From NCBI GenBank assembly GCA_022842945.1, contig JALHOO010000001.1, positions 24,847 through 88,846 of the forward strand: 64,000 nucleotides of DNA, given 5' to 3'. Position 1 is the stretch's first letter. Each line of letters begins with the position of its first letter. Both the position numbers and the translations under genes were made by a program. The DNA comes from Minisyncoccota bacterium (GTDB taxonomy: Bacteria > Patescibacteriota > Minisyncoccia > Phycocordibacterales > Phycocordibacteraceae). Under the pieces are notes generated by a model. That model had not been told where the DNA came from. It ran no database searches and saw only the letters and a program-made list of their open reading frames with translations. Of the stretch, positions 55,074 to 64,000 are shown one piece after another.

Positions 55074-56027
55074 ATGGAATATTCCTCAGAATTTAAACAG
55101 AACCACCAGACCGCCTATTTGGCGGAGGAATACGAGCGCCTCGCGAAGGAGCGCATTGACGCTACGGAAGCCGCCGGCAACGACGCCGTGTTGCTTGAGA
55201 TGCTTGCAGAGGACGAGGACCGTATCGATGCACGTCAGAAGGAGATTTTGGAGGAGATCGAGCGGATTATAGACAAGGACAGGGAGGAGGCGGTTCGTCC
55301 GAAAGCCATTGTGCTTGAGTTCCGTGCGGGTGCCGGGGGGGACGAGGCGACACTCTTCGCTCAGGAGCTTCGCGATATGTATCAGAAGTACGCAGAGGGG
55401 AAGCACTGGAGACTCCGCGTTATTGACGAGCTCACGCTTGAGATTGATGGCGTTGCGGCCTATGACGCGCTTCGGTATGAGACCGGCGTGCATCGTGTAC
55501 AGAGGGTTCCTATAACAGAGAAGTCCGGACGCATCCACACCTCAACAGCTTCTGTAGCGGCGCTTCCTATCCGTGCCAAGCCAAAGTTCGAGGTTGATAT
55601 GGCGGACATCGATATGGAGTTCTCTCGGAGTGGGGGAGCAGGAGGTCAGAACGTGAACAAGGTGGAGAGTGCGGTGCGCCTCATACACCGCCCAACCGGT
55701 ATTGATGTGCGCTCAACCAGTGAGCGCTCCCAGTTGAATAACCGCATAAAGGCACTCGAGATTCTCTCGGCGAAGCTCGAAGCTCTTCATGACGAAGAGG
55801 AGGCAAAGAAGCATGCAGACCTTCGTGCGGGGCAAATTGGTACTGGAGACCGTTCTGAGAAGATTCGTACCTACAATTTCCTTCAGGATAGGGTTACGGA
55901 CCACCGTTTAAAGGAGAGTTGGCACAACCTGCCCAAGATTATGCTGGGTGCCATAGATCCCATAATTGAGGCGCTCCAGGCAGCTAGTGAAGCTGGGGGA
56001 GTGGGCCCCGCGGGCGAGGAGGATTGA
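55074..56027 (+). CDS. prfA: Peptide chain release factor 1 (RF1-type, PxT motif)
   Basis: [17 protein letters not shown] (PxT tripeptide region) and the GGQ motif [25 protein letters not shown]. Start at ATG 55074. Confidence 0.8.
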   Translation: MEYSSEFKQNHQTAYLAEEYERLAKERIDATEAAGNDAVLLEMLAEDEDRIDARQKEILEEIERIIDKDREEAVRPKAIVLEFRAGAGGDEATLFAQELRDMYQKYAEGKHWRLRVIDELTLEIDGVAAYDALRYETGVHRVQRVPITEKSGRIHTSTASVAALPIRAKPKFEVDMADIDMEFSRSGGAGGQNVNKVESAVRLIHRPTGIDVRSTSERSQLNNRIKALEILSAKLEALHDEEEAKKHADLRAGQIGTGDRSEKIRTYNFLQDRVTDHRLKESWHNLPKIMLGAIDPIIEALQAASEAGGVGPAGEED

Positions 56028-56061
56028 AAGCCTGAACGGCCTGTGATATCCTAGGAAAATC

Positions 56062-56775
56062 ATGACTGAAGCAACCCAGACCGCAGAACAGAGCGGCCCA
56101 GGCGTCGAGCGTCTTTTTGGCGCTGGCGCTCATTTCGCACAGGTAAAGAGCCGCCGCCACCCAACTATGCGTGGGTTTGTACTAGGTGCTAAATCAAACC
56201 TTGAGATCTTCGATCTTGAGAAGACTAACGAGCAGCTTGCTAAGGCGAAGAGCGTTATGGCGACGCTTGCTCGCGACGGCAAGGTAGTACTTGTGGTTGG
56301 AGGGAAGCGCGAGGCACAGGACTCGGTTAAGGCTATCGGAAACCGCCTCGGTGTTCCGTTTGTTGCTGGCCGCTGGCTCGGAGGAACACTCTCGAACTTC
56401 ACCGAGATCAAGAAGCGCATTGACCGTCTTGCGGACCTTTCCGCTAAGCGCGAAACAGGCGAGCTCGCTAAGCTCTACACCAAGCTTGAGCGCGTGAAGA
56501 TTGATCGCGAGATCGACAAGCTTACGCTCCGCCTTTCAGGCGCAACTGCGCTTACACGCCGCCCTGACGTGATGATCATCGTTGATACCAAGCACGAAGC
56601 ACACGCATCTCGCGAGGCAAAGGCACTCGGTATCCCGGTTATCGGTATCATGAGCTCGGACTGCGACCTTAAGGACGCGGCATACCCAATCGTCGTGAAC
56701 GACGCATCACGTAGCGTGCTTGCGCTCGTACTCGATGAGCTCGCAAGCGCATACGAGGCTGGTCTCAAGGGCTAA
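56062..56775 (+). CDS. rpsB: Ribosomal protein S2
   Basis: VVLVVGGKREAQDSVKAIGNRLGVPFVAGRWLGGTLSNF...IIVDTKHEAHASREAKALGIPVIGI. Confidence 0.9.
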   Translation: MTEATQTAEQSGPGVERLFGAGAHFAQVKSRRHPTMRGFVLGAKSNLEIFDLEKTNEQLAKAKSVMATLARDGKVVLVVGGKREAQDSVKAIGNRLGVPFVAGRWLGGTLSNFTEIKKRIDRLADLSAKRETGELAKLYTKLERVKIDREIDKLTLRLSGATALTRRPDVMIIVDTKHEAHASREAKALGIPVIGIMSSDCDLKDAAYPIVVNDASRSVLALVLDELASAYEAGLKG

Positions 56776-56839
56776 GTGCTTTTACAGATTCTAGGCAGCG
56801 CACCCGCTTCTAGATTGGTACGTATATAACTTCATACAC

Positions 56840-57421
56840 ATGGCAATATCTCTCGACACCGTTAAGATTCTCCGCGACAAGACTGGCGTTTCAATCATGC
56901 AGTGCCAGAAGGCACTTGAAGAGGCTGAGGGCGACATGGACAAGGCTGAGGTTATCCTCAAGAAGCGTTCAGGTGCCGCTGCAGACAAGAAGGCAGACCG
57001 CGAACTCGCGGCTGGTGCTATTGGAAGCTATGTCCATGACGGCGCGGTTGGCGCTATGGTGCTTCTGTCGTCTGAGACTGATTTCGTATCAAAGAACGAA
57101 GAGTTTGGAGAGCTCGCTCGTGCTCTTGCTATGCACATCGCTGCCTCTAACCCGTCCGTGCTCTCAAGTAGCGAGATTTCAGAGGAGGCAAAGACTGCCG
57201 CTATGTCGGTGTTCAAGGAGGAGGTTAAGGACAAGCCCGCTGAGATGCAGGAGAAGATTCTTGAGGGCAAGATGGCATCCTACTTCAAGGACCAGGTACT
57301 TCTCGAGCAGTCCTACATTCGTGACGACTCGAAGACTATCCAGGACCTTCTAAACGAAGCGTCGCAGAAGTTTGGCGAGCGCGTAGAGATCTCGAAGTTC
57401 GCGCGCTTCTCCGCTCGCTAG
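56840..57421 (+). CDS. tsf: Elongation factor Ts
   Basis: The N-terminal UBA-like motif KILRDKTGVSIMQCQKALEEAEGDMDKAEVILKK. The gene follows rpsB in the conserved rpsB-tsf arrangement. Confidence 0.9.
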   Translation: MAISLDTVKILRDKTGVSIMQCQKALEEAEGDMDKAEVILKKRSGAAADKKADRELAAGAIGSYVHDGAVGAMVLLSSETDFVSKNEEFGELARALAMHIAASNPSVLSSSEISEEAKTAAMSVFKEEVKDKPAEMQEKILEGKMASYFKDQVLLEQSYIRDDSKTIQDLLNEASQKFGERVEISKFARFSAR

Positions 57422-57426
57422 TACCG

Positions 57427-57452
57427 AAGGCCGAAGTAGACTTCGGCCTTCT
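57427..57452 (+). terminator. Intrinsic terminator after tsf
   Basis: Hairpin GAAGGCCGAAG-TAGA-CTTCGGCCTTC. Confidence 0.55.
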
Positions 57453-57462
57453 ACCGTATCCC

Positions 57463-57888
57463 ATGCTGTATATCATTCTCATCGGTATCGCACTCGTCCT
57501 CTTTGGAGGATTCCTCATGCTCGTGTCTTTTGAGCGAAAAAGGGGGCTACGGGTTGCCGGCGCTCTGCGCAATGCGCTTGATGCGCGTATTGCCCGGGTG
57601 TCCTTCATTGTTACTCACGTAGACTGGGGTGCCTTCACCAAACACCTCCTGGGCACGGTATTTGAGCGTGTACTACACGATACCGCGCATGTGGTGCTCC
57701 AGATTGTCCGCACCGTTGAGCGTGTCCTTACGAAGGCCGTTAAGACCCTCAGAGAGCGTAGAGGTTTTGCGCCCCTTGAGAACACAGAAGAGGAGGGTGC
57801 ATTTCAGGTTGGTATGCGGAAGGTGCGTACGGCCCTGAGGAGTGCTCGGAGGGTGTCCCGGAAGACCTTGAAGACTCCAAAGTCCTAG
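57463..57888 (+). CDS. Hypothetical membrane-anchored protein (N-terminal TM helix, basic C-terminal region)
   Basis: MLYIILIGIALVLFGGFLMLVSF, then an Arg/Lys-rich soluble region. Confidence 0.4.
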   Translation: MLYIILIGIALVLFGGFLMLVSFERKRGLRVAGALRNALDARIARVSFIVTHVDWGAFTKHLLGTVFERVLHDTAHVVLQIVRTVERVLTKAVKTLRERRGFAPLENTEEEGAFQVGMRKVRTALRSARRVSRKTLKTPKS

Positions 57889-57940
57889 GACTTGCGAATC
57901 GCCCCCTCGTGCCCGTATACTCTGGAGACCGAAGATCCCC

Positions 57941-58013
57941 GCCGGGATAGCTCAGTTGGTAGAGCAACTGTTTTGTAAACAGTAGGTCGCCGGTTCAAGC
58001 CCGGCTCCCGGCT
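57941..58013 (+). tRNA. tRNA-Thr (anticodon TGT)
   Basis: Cloverleaf traced by hand: acceptor GCCGGGA/TCCCGGC, D-arm GCTC-AGTTGGTA-GAGC, anticodon arm ACTGT-TTTGTAA-ACAGT (anticodon TGT), variable loop AGGTC, T-arm GCCGG-TTCAAGC-CCGGC, discriminator T. CCA is not encoded. Confidence 0.85.
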
Positions 58014-58023
58014 CCGTGTAAAA

Positions 58024-58056
58024 GAAAAGACCCACAGCATATGCCGTGGGTCTTTT
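58024..58056. terminator. Bidirectional terminator between the tRNA and the convergent gene
   Basis: Hairpin AAGACCCAC-AGCATATGCC-GTGGGTCTT followed by TTCT. Confidence 0.5.
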
Positions 58057-58068
58057 CTGTAGGGAGCA

Positions 58069-58749
58069 CTAGCGAACGGGCGTGCTGCTTGTGCTTGTTG
58101 TTGCAAACAGGTCCTCAGGGAACAGTTCCTGGAAGGACTCTACGTCCGTGAAGCCGTAGGAGCGCTCGCCTTCAATAACGAAGGCCGGGAAGCGCTCTTC
58201 AACCTTCTCAACCGCAATAAGGGTCTTGAGTGCTCCAAGATCAAGGTTGTAGTCGAAGGTGTACACGCGAAGCTGTGGGTAGGTCTGGCGGAGGTAGGAA
58301 AGGGCGTAGCTTGCGCGGTCGCAGCTGTCGCACGCACCCGCTTCGTTAGAGTAGAAGTAGAGTGCGGTAACCGGCTCTACGTCACAGGTGTCAGCGATGC
58401 GCTGTGCGAGGATGTAGTCACGAATCTGCAGAAGGGTGTACTGCTTCTTAAGGCGCAGCACCTCAGGGTTGTCGTTCCCAAGACGAGACTCTGCAACGTT
58501 CAGACGGTCTCCAAGAGAAGACACCTCGTTCGTGAGGTCAGTACCAACCGTAAGGTCTGCACAGGGAGCGTTCTCAAGGAGTGCGAACTGGGTCTCTATG
58601 GAAAGGGTGTCGGTTGCAAGCTGTGCCTGAATAGCATCAAGCTCCGCGATGCGCTGGCGATCGAGTTGGTTTATGGCGGCTATGATGGTGCCGATAATGG
58701 CAACGGTTATAGCGAGCGCGAGGAGGGCATTGCGGGTAGCGAGCGACAT
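58069..58749 (-). CDS. Hypothetical membrane-anchored protein, possibly thioredoxin-like (CxxC)
   Basis: An N-terminal TM helix (LLALAITVAIIGTIIAAI) and a CDSC motif in FYSNEAGACDSCDRASYAL. Assignment is weak. Confidence 0.35.
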   Translation of the reverse strand: MSLATRNALLALAITVAIIGTIIAAINQLDRQRIAELDAIQAQLATDTLSIETQFALLENAPCADLTVGTDLTNEVSSLGDRLNVAESRLGNDNPEVLRLKKQYTLLQIRDYILAQRIADTCDVEPVTALYFYSNEAGACDSCDRASYALSYLRQTYPQLRVYTFDYNLDLGALKTLIAVEKVEERFPAFVIEGERSYGFTDVESFQELFPEDLFATTSTSSTPVR

Positions 58750-58777
58750 AGGGTACGTATCTAAGAATAATGAGGGA

Positions 58778-60043
58778 TTAGCGCCACGCTCGGCGCTTCC
58801 CAGTTAGTACATCATACATGGAGCGCATGAGCCAGAAGGGTGCGATGAAGGCGTAGATAAACGTGTAGCCGATGATACCGATAACAATCGATGCCGGTGT
58901 GTTTGAGACATGGCGGCCGATAAGTACCAAGGATACAGACAGGATACCCACCACAAGACTCGTAAGGAGGAGAAAGGTTGCCGGCAGGTAGAACCACTCA
59001 AGAGAGAAGCGCGGGAGAAGGGTGTACGAAAGGGGAATGCCGTCCGTTAAGGTGTAGGTGCGAACGAGGTTCAGTACGAGCGAGGACATTGCAACAATGA
59101 AGAGAAACGCACCTCCCACAATTGCCACAAACCCGAGTGGAAGCACCATAAGACCAAGGATGCCGTACTTTGGGTTTCCTACGAGATCGCGATAGTCGGT
59201 CATAACGTTCCGGAGGAATCCGCTCGTCCAGCGGGTACGCTGCTTTATGAGCTTCGGAACTGAGCGCGGCACCTTCGTATACACGCGTGCACGAGGTGCG
59301 TTCTCAATCTCGTAGCCTGCCCGCTGAATGCGCAGCGCCATCTCCATATCCTCTGCCTGGTGTGCATGCTTGAAGCCGCCTAAAGACTCGATAATAGAAC
59401 GGCGGTAGAACGAGAAGGGTCCAGGCGTCACGTAAATACCGTTTACGGCCGAGAGCGCATGGCGCGCAGCGATACCGATGATGTACTCAGCGTTCTGCAT
59501 CTTCTCGAGCATGTTCTTTGGCTGGAACACAGACATGGCGGGAGTTGCTGCTGCAACTTCTGGCTTGTCAAAGCACGGGATCATCTCGCGCAGTGCGTCG
59601 GCTGCCACAAAAGAATCTGCATCAAGACAGCCAACAAACTCCGCGTCTTCCGCAATCTCGATGCCGTGGTTAATAGCGGTGTGCTTGCCGCCGTTCTCTT
59701 GGTGCACCACCGTAATTTGCGGGTTCCCGATATAGGAATCCATAACCGCCTTGGTGTTGTCGGTAGAGCCGTCGTTCACGAGCACAATCTGGAGCTTGTC
59801 CGCAGGATAGTCGAGGGCTAGAAGAGACGCTACGGTCCCTCCTATAGTGTCCTGCTCGTTCCAGCAGGGAACGATAATGGCAACCTTGGGAGTATGAAGT
59901 GCAGCAGACCGCATGCGTCGCTCTTTGGCCGGGGCTGAGAGGAAGGTGAGCAACATGAACACCTCGAAATAGAGACCGAGAAATAAGAACGGATACGCGA
60001 GTATCTCAAGTGACATATATAGGGCCGGTGTTCTCGTAAGCAT
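58778..60043 (-). CDS. Processive family-2 glycosyltransferase (membrane-integrated, QxxRW type)
   Basis: Motifs VAIIVPCWNEQDTI, the DGS(T)D region and LDADS (D,D,D). The QRTRW motif (KQRTRWTSGFL) and flanking TM helices suggest a PgaC/IcaA- or chitin/cellulose-synthase-like polymerising synthase. Confidence 0.75.
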   Translation of the reverse strand: MLTRTPALYMSLEILAYPFLFLGLYFEVFMLLTFLSAPAKERRMRSAALHTPKVAIIVPCWNEQDTIGGTVASLLALDYPADKLQIVLVNDGSTDNTKAVMDSYIGNPQITVVHQENGGKHTAINHGIEIAEDAEFVGCLDADSFVAADALREMIPCFDKPEVAAATPAMSVFQPKNMLEKMQNAEYIIGIAARHALSAVNGIYVTPGPFSFYRRSIIESLGGFKHAHQAEDMEMALRIQRAGYEIENAPRARVYTKVPRSVPKLIKQRTRWTSGFLRNVMTDYRDLVGNPKYGILGLMVLPLGFVAIVGGAFLFIVAMSSLVLNLVRTYTLTDGIPLSYTLLPRFSLEWFYLPATFLLLTSLVVGILSVSLVLIGRHVSNTPASIVIGIIGYTFIYAFIAPFWLMRSMYDVLTGKRRAWR

Positions 60044-60075
60044 AGCAAATACGCCTGTTTTTTCTAGGTTGCCCC

Positions 60076-60825
60076 GTGTATACTCTCTCCTATATGGCGT
60101 ACGGCCGTCTGCATCCTATCTCAGCGTCAATACGCTCCATTGCGAACTCGTTCGGGCGCATGGGCTTTGCTATTGCGTATGGTCCTGAGCTTGAGGACGA
60201 ACACTACAACTTCAACGTACTCAACATCCCTGCAGATCACCCTGCACGCGATATGCAGGACACCTTCTGGACGAAGGAAGATCCTGCACGCGTACCCCGT
60301 ACCCAAACAAGTCCGGTGCAGGTGCGCTACATCGAAGAGCAACTCGCACTCGGCACACCGCCTCCGTACCGCGTTATTGTTCCGGGAAAAGTATTTCGCA
60401 ACGAAGCAACAGACGCGACCCATGAGGCACAGTTCTACCAGAACGAAGGACTCGTTGTTGGCGAAGGGATAACACTCGCGCACTTGAAGGGAACCCTCGA
60501 GCAGTTCTTCAAGGACTACCTCGCGGAGGACGCGAAGGTGCGATTCCGTCCGAGCTTCTTCCCCTTCACCGAGCCTTCGGTTGAAGTTGACGTGTGGTTT
60601 GAGCCAGCCGGCAAAGAAGGACGCTGGCTTGAAGTTATGGGAGCGGGCATGGTGCACCCGTCAGTACTTAAGAATGCGGGTCTTGATCCTGAGGTGTATC
60701 AGGGCTTTGCGTTCGGCGGCGGCATAGAGCGCCTCATTATGGTGAAGCACGGAGTGAATGATATTCGTGGCTTCCATGGCGGAGACATTCGGTTTGTGTA
60801 CGGATTCGATCAGACACATCAATAG
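60076..60825 (+). CDS. pheS: Phenylalanine--tRNA ligase alpha subunit (short, catalytic core only)
   Basis: Class II aaRS motifs: PADHPARDMQDTFW, FRNEATDATHEAQFYQNEG and GFAFGGGIERLIMV. Starts at GTG 60076; at 249 aa it lacks the usual N-terminal extension. Confidence 0.85.
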   Translation: MYTLSYMAYGRLHPISASIRSIANSFGRMGFAIAYGPELEDEHYNFNVLNIPADHPARDMQDTFWTKEDPARVPRTQTSPVQVRYIEEQLALGTPPPYRVIVPGKVFRNEATDATHEAQFYQNEGLVVGEGITLAHLKGTLEQFFKDYLAEDAKVRFRPSFFPFTEPSVEVDVWFEPAGKEGRWLEVMGAGMVHPSVLKNAGLDPEVYQGFAFGGGIERLIMVKHGVNDIRGFHGGDIRFVYGFDQTHQ

Positions 60826-60828
60826 ACT

Positions 60829-62736
60829 ATGAAAGTTTCTCTGAAATGGCTCCAGTCCTACTTCGACGCTCCACTTCCTTCGGTGGAGGCTCTTGCGGAC
60901 TCGCTCACCTTCCACACCGCTGAGATTGAAGAAGCAGAAGGCGACCTTTTGGATGTGAACGTACTTCCAGACCGTGCAGCCTACATGCTGAGCCACCGGG
61001 GTGTTGCAAAGGAAGTGTCTGCAGTGCTTAACGTGCCCCTTCTACGCGATCCGTTGAAGGAAGACCTCCCGGAGTATCCAGAGGGATCTAGTCTTTCTGT
61101 GACGCTCGACGAAGAGGGCATGTGCATGCGGTACACGGGTGCTGTCCTTACAGGAGTAACCGTTGGTCCGTCTCCAGACTGGCTCAAAGAAGCACTTGAG
61201 GCGGTTGGCCAGCGCTCTATTAACAATGTGGTGGACGCAACGAACTACGTCATGCTTGATGTGGGGCAGCCACTGCATGCCTTTGATGCGGCGAAGCTTG
61301 TAGCGCGTGAAGGCCGATACGCAATTGCCGTTCGTGCTGCGACTGAAGGCGAGTCCATAACCACCCTTACGGGAGAAACCTACAAACTTCCAGAAGGTAC
61401 GCTCCTTATAACTGACGGCAACAACGAGGGACTTCCTTTGGGTCTTGCGGGTGTTAAGGGCGGGAACCATGCAGGTGTTACAACTGAAACTACGGACCTC
61501 GTTATTGAGGCTGCAAACTTTGATGGGGCGCGTGTTCGCAAGACGGCCCAAGCCCTGAAGCTCTTCACAGACGCCTCAAGTCGTTTCCAGAACAAGCCCT
61601 CTCCCGCACTCGTAAGCTACGGCATGCGTGACGTTATTGCCCTCATACAGAAGGTTGCGGGAGGAACACTCGTTGACGTGGTTGATGTGTTCCCGAATCC
61701 GCCTGAGGCACAGACCGTCTCTGTGTCGCTTCAGCGCATCAACGGCATACTCGGTCCGAGCTTCTCTCTGGAAGAGGTTCGCGGTGCGTTTAATCGTCTG
61801 GGCTTTTCATACACCGAAGTAGAGGACTCGTTCGTAGTGCGTGCTCCTTTCGAGCGTCGCGACCTTGTTATTCCCCAAGACCTCGTTGAAGAGGTGGGAC
61901 GCATTCTCGGGTACGACACTATTAGTGGAGAAGCACTACCGGTTCTGCAAGGTGTGCCGGACCAGGCGAAGTACCGCGGTATTGAAGCGGTGCGCGACTT
62001 CCTCGTTGAGCGTGGCTTTACAGAGATCTCCACGCCCTCCTTTGCAGAAGAAGGAGAGATAGAACTTGCGAACCCACTTCAGGAAGACCGTCCGTATTTG
62101 CGTGCGTCTCTTCTCGCAAACCTGAAGGACGCCCTTACGCGTGCCGCACATGTCGCTCCTCGCGTACTTGGACCAGAGCCATTCATAAAACTGTTTGAGG
62201 TTGGTACCGTATTCCAGAAGGGAGGCGAAGCACTCGTGCTCTCTATGGGTGTTGTAGCGACGAACGGAAAGCCAGCCGACTCTGCTGAGGTGCTGAAGCA
62301 GAACATAGCAACACTAGAACAGGAGCTGCTCGGGACACCTGCTCATACGCATCTAAGCATTGAAGGTCAGATGGCAGAGATTAATCTCGACAAGGTTAAC
62401 CTTGAGAAGATTGGCGAAGACTACGCGCCTATAACGGTTGTGCAGGGCATGTTCCGTCCGTATACGTCGTATCCGTTCGCGCTCCGAGATATTGCCGTAT
62501 GGACGCCAGGCGGCACCGCGGAGAGCGAGGTTATTAACGCCATTATCTCCGAAGCGGGAGACTATCTTGCGCGCATCGACCTCTTTGATCGCTTTGAAAA
62601 GGAAGGCCGTATCTCGTATGCATTCCGCCTCGTGTTTGAGTCTAAGGAGCGTACTCTTGCCGACACCGACCTTGATCCCGCTATGGAGGCCATAACAAAG
62701 AAGCTGAACGCGCACGAGGGATGGGAAGTGCGTTAG
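60829..62736 (+). CDS. pheT: Phenylalanine--tRNA ligase beta subunit (reduced length, 635 aa)
   Basis: MKVSLKWLQSYFDAPLP N-terminus, a B3/B4 domain and a C-terminal FDRFEKEGRISYAFRLVFES (FDX-ACB-like) region. Confidence 0.85.
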   Translation: MKVSLKWLQSYFDAPLPSVEALADSLTFHTAEIEEAEGDLLDVNVLPDRAAYMLSHRGVAKEVSAVLNVPLLRDPLKEDLPEYPEGSSLSVTLDEEGMCMRYTGAVLTGVTVGPSPDWLKEALEAVGQRSINNVVDATNYVMLDVGQPLHAFDAAKLVAREGRYAIAVRAATEGESITTLTGETYKLPEGTLLITDGNNEGLPLGLAGVKGGNHAGVTTETTDLVIEAANFDGARVRKTAQALKLFTDASSRFQNKPSPALVSYGMRDVIALIQKVAGGTLVDVVDVFPNPPEAQTVSVSLQRINGILGPSFSLEEVRGAFNRLGFSYTEVEDSFVVRAPFERRDLVIPQDLVEEVGRILGYDTISGEALPVLQGVPDQAKYRGIEAVRDFLVERGFTEISTPSFAEEGEIELANPLQEDRPYLRASLLANLKDALTRAAHVAPRVLGPEPFIKLFEVGTVFQKGGEALVLSMGVVATNGKPADSAEVLKQNIATLEQELLGTPAHTHLSIEGQMAEINLDKVNLEKIGEDYAPITVVQGMFRPYTSYPFALRDIAVWTPGGTAESEVINAIISEAGDYLARIDLFDRFEKEGRISYAFRLVFESKERTLADTDLDPAMEAITKKLNAHEGWEVR

Positions 62737-62831
62737 TCGCATACCACACCTTTACATACGTAGGCTTGCGCGCTAGCGTGTACCGCACTCGATACGATTG
62801 GCGTATCGAGCTATTCATTGAGGGTAGAAGC

Positions 62832-63017
62832 ATGTCGGGTAAGTCTTCTCGGGGAAATGGAAACGGCCTCAACAAGGAGAAGTCCAGAAAAGCCAAAGGG
62901 GGGCGAGGTCTGTCTGCGGGAAAGAGGGCAGGAATCGCTGCTCGGAAGCAGCGCATCGCTGAACTCGACCGGCCGAAGTCGAGGGCCAAGCACAGCCCCG
63001 AAGCGCCTATCCAGTAA
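62832..63017 (+). CDS. Small Lys/Arg/Gly-rich basic protein (61 aa; the track ORF starts at 62721, overlapping pheT)
   Basis: MSGKSSRGNGNGLNKEKSRKAKGGRGLSAGKRAGIAARKQRIAEL..., followed by a strong terminator. Confidence 0.35.
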   Translation: MSGKSSRGNGNGLNKEKSRKAKGGRGLSAGKRAGIAARKQRIAELDRPKSRAKHSPEAPIQ

Positions 63018-63037
63018 CAGCCATCAAGGCCACAGAA

Positions 63038-63065
63038 GTCCGCGGACGTGTTCCGCGGGCTTTTT
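63038..63065 (+). terminator. Intrinsic terminator
   Basis: Hairpin GTCCGCGGA-CGTGT-TCCGCGGGC followed by TTTTT. Confidence 0.6.
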
Positions 63066-63159
63066 CCTTATCCGGGCCGTAGACCCTCTAGGTACGCCCT
63101 AAAGTACCGGGAACACAGCATGATTCTACAGGTGCTCCGTGGTATACTTAGGGGAACAT

Positions 63160-64000
63160 ATGGCGAAGGACGAAGACCAGAAACCAAAGAAAACGGCCGC
63201 ACCTGCGGCCGCTAAAAGTGCATCCAAAGCGAAAGAGTACGACGCGTCGTCTATCTCAGTGCTTGAGGGTCTTGAGCCGGTGCGTAAGCGCCCGGGCATG
63301 TACATCGGTACTACCGGTCCCGATGGTTTGCACCACCTCATCTGGGAGATCTTCGACAACTCACGTGACGAGGCCATGGGCGGGTTCGCGAACGATATTG
63401 AAGTAGCGCTTCTTCCAGGCGGGTATGTGCGTGTGATTGATAACGGTCGCGGTATTCCGGTTGGCATCCATCCAAAGACCAAAGTCTCAGCCCTTGAGAC
63501 CATCATGACCACCCTCCATGCCGGAGGAAAGTTCGGTGGCGAGGACTCAGGATACAAAGTGTCTGGAGGTCTCCATGGTGTGGGTGCGTCGGTGGTGAAC
63601 GCACTCTCAGAACACACCAAAGTAATCGTGCACAAGGACGGCGCGGTCCACATGCAGGAGTATGAGATCGGAAAAGCTAAGGCGAAGGTTAAGCAGATAG
63701 GCAAGACCACGCATAACGGTACTATCGTTATCTTCAAGCCAGACGTAACCATCTTCAAGGACGGCATCAACTGGAACTGGGAGAAGATTGTTGCGCATTT
63801 GCGCCAGCAGGCATACCTCGTAAAGGGAACCCGTATTACGGTGCTTGATGCACGTGACGAGCCAACCGTTGATAGCGAAGGCGCTACCTACCTCCGCACG
63901 AGTGGTGTGGACTGCCCGAGCATGTCCTTCTACTTCGAGGGAGGTCTTCGTTCCCTCATCAGTTTCTATAACAAGCACCAGACTGCAGTGCACAAGAATG
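63160..64000 (+). CDS. gyrB: DNA gyrase subunit B, 5' portion (continues beyond the window)
   Basis: Hand translation from ATG 63160: ...YDASSISVLEGLEPVRKRPGMYIGTTGPDGLHHLIWEIFDNSRDEAMGG...GGKFGGEDSGYKVSGGLHGVGASVVNALSE (GHKL ATPase motifs). The frame has no stop before the window end. Confidence 0.85.
   Translation, partial: MAKDEDQKPKKTAAPAAAKSASKAKEYDASSISVLEGLEPVRKRPGMYIGTTGPDGLHHLIWEIFDNSRDEAMGGFANDIEVALLPGGYVRVIDNGRGIPVGIHPKTKVSALETIMTTLHAGGKFGGEDSGYKVSGGLHGVGASVVNALSEHTKVIVHKDGAVHMQEYEIGKAKAKVKQIGKTTHNGTIVIFKPDVTIFKDGINWNWEKIVAHLRQQAYLVKGTRITVLDARDEPTVDSEGATYLRTSGVDCPSMSFYFEGGLRSLISFYNKHQTAVHKN

Noticed and set aside
1-64000. Possible UGA or UAG stop-codon recoding, as in some CPR lineages (codes 25 or 15)
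   Set aside because: Long conserved genes (secA, gatB, obg, the giant gene) contain no in-frame TGA or TAG. All three stop codons terminate genes at the expected positions; for example, murB ends in TGA.
1-64000. CRISPR arrays or rRNA genes
   Set aside because: No short, regularly spaced direct repeats with unique spacers were seen. The only regular repeats are coding ones: the giant gene and the Lys-rich ORF. No rRNA-like conserved stretches were seen. Only one tRNA, Thr-TGT, was found.

Overview
This 64-kb window has moderate GC (about 55%) and is densely packed with short genes, many with overlapping start/stop codons. Standard code 11 applies: murB ends in TGA and large conserved genes such as secA have no in-frame TGA. 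The gene content looks like a Patescibacteria/CPR-type bacterium: split transketolase, class I aldolase, minimal PheS/PheT, type IV pilins and a giant surface protein. That lineage assignment is an inference from the gene content.

Layout:
(1) 1-12.4 kb is a surface-glycan locus. It holds four GT1/GT4 glycosyltransferases, two SAM methyltransferases and two GT9 heptosyltransferase-like genes. It ends in a translationally coupled unit of alcohol dehydrogenase, TPP-dependent E1 alpha, E1 beta, heptose kinase and heptose nucleotidyltransferase.
(2) 12.4-15.3 kb holds a NUDIX hydrolase and a 2.15-kb IS1595-family element with terminal inverted repeats and an 8-bp target-site duplication. The element carries a MazF/PemK-like toxin and a tail-anchored protein as passengers.
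(3) 15.3-20.5 kb holds a Wzx-like flippase, GmhA, an O-antigen-ligase-like TPR membrane protein and MurB.
(4) 20.6-26.1 kb holds a Lys/Ala-rich H1-like protein, SecA, Obg and GatB.
(5) 26.2-40.3 kb holds a small membrane protein and a 4203-aa fibrous giant protein. The two share an N-terminal excisionase-like HTH module. The giant protein has about 30 GNVGIGTT(S/T)P repeat modules, a C-terminal intramolecular-chaperone (peptidase S74-like) domain and a Pro-rich tail.
(6) 40.4-50.5 kb is a carbon-metabolism block: GAPDH, RpiB, Rpe-like, a split transketolase interrupted by a Fic + XRE insertion, a PfkB kinase and class I FBA. Two type IV pilin paralogs are interleaved, each next to members of a small FNEEP-motif membrane protein family with three copies in the window.
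(7) 50.5-64 kb holds translation and housekeeping genes: L25, L31, RF1, S2, EF-Ts, tRNA-Thr, PheS/PheT and the 5' part of gyrB. It also holds secreted proteins (a coiled-coil SLT-like protein and a CARDB-repeat protein) and a processive GT2.

No rRNA and no CRISPR arrays were seen.
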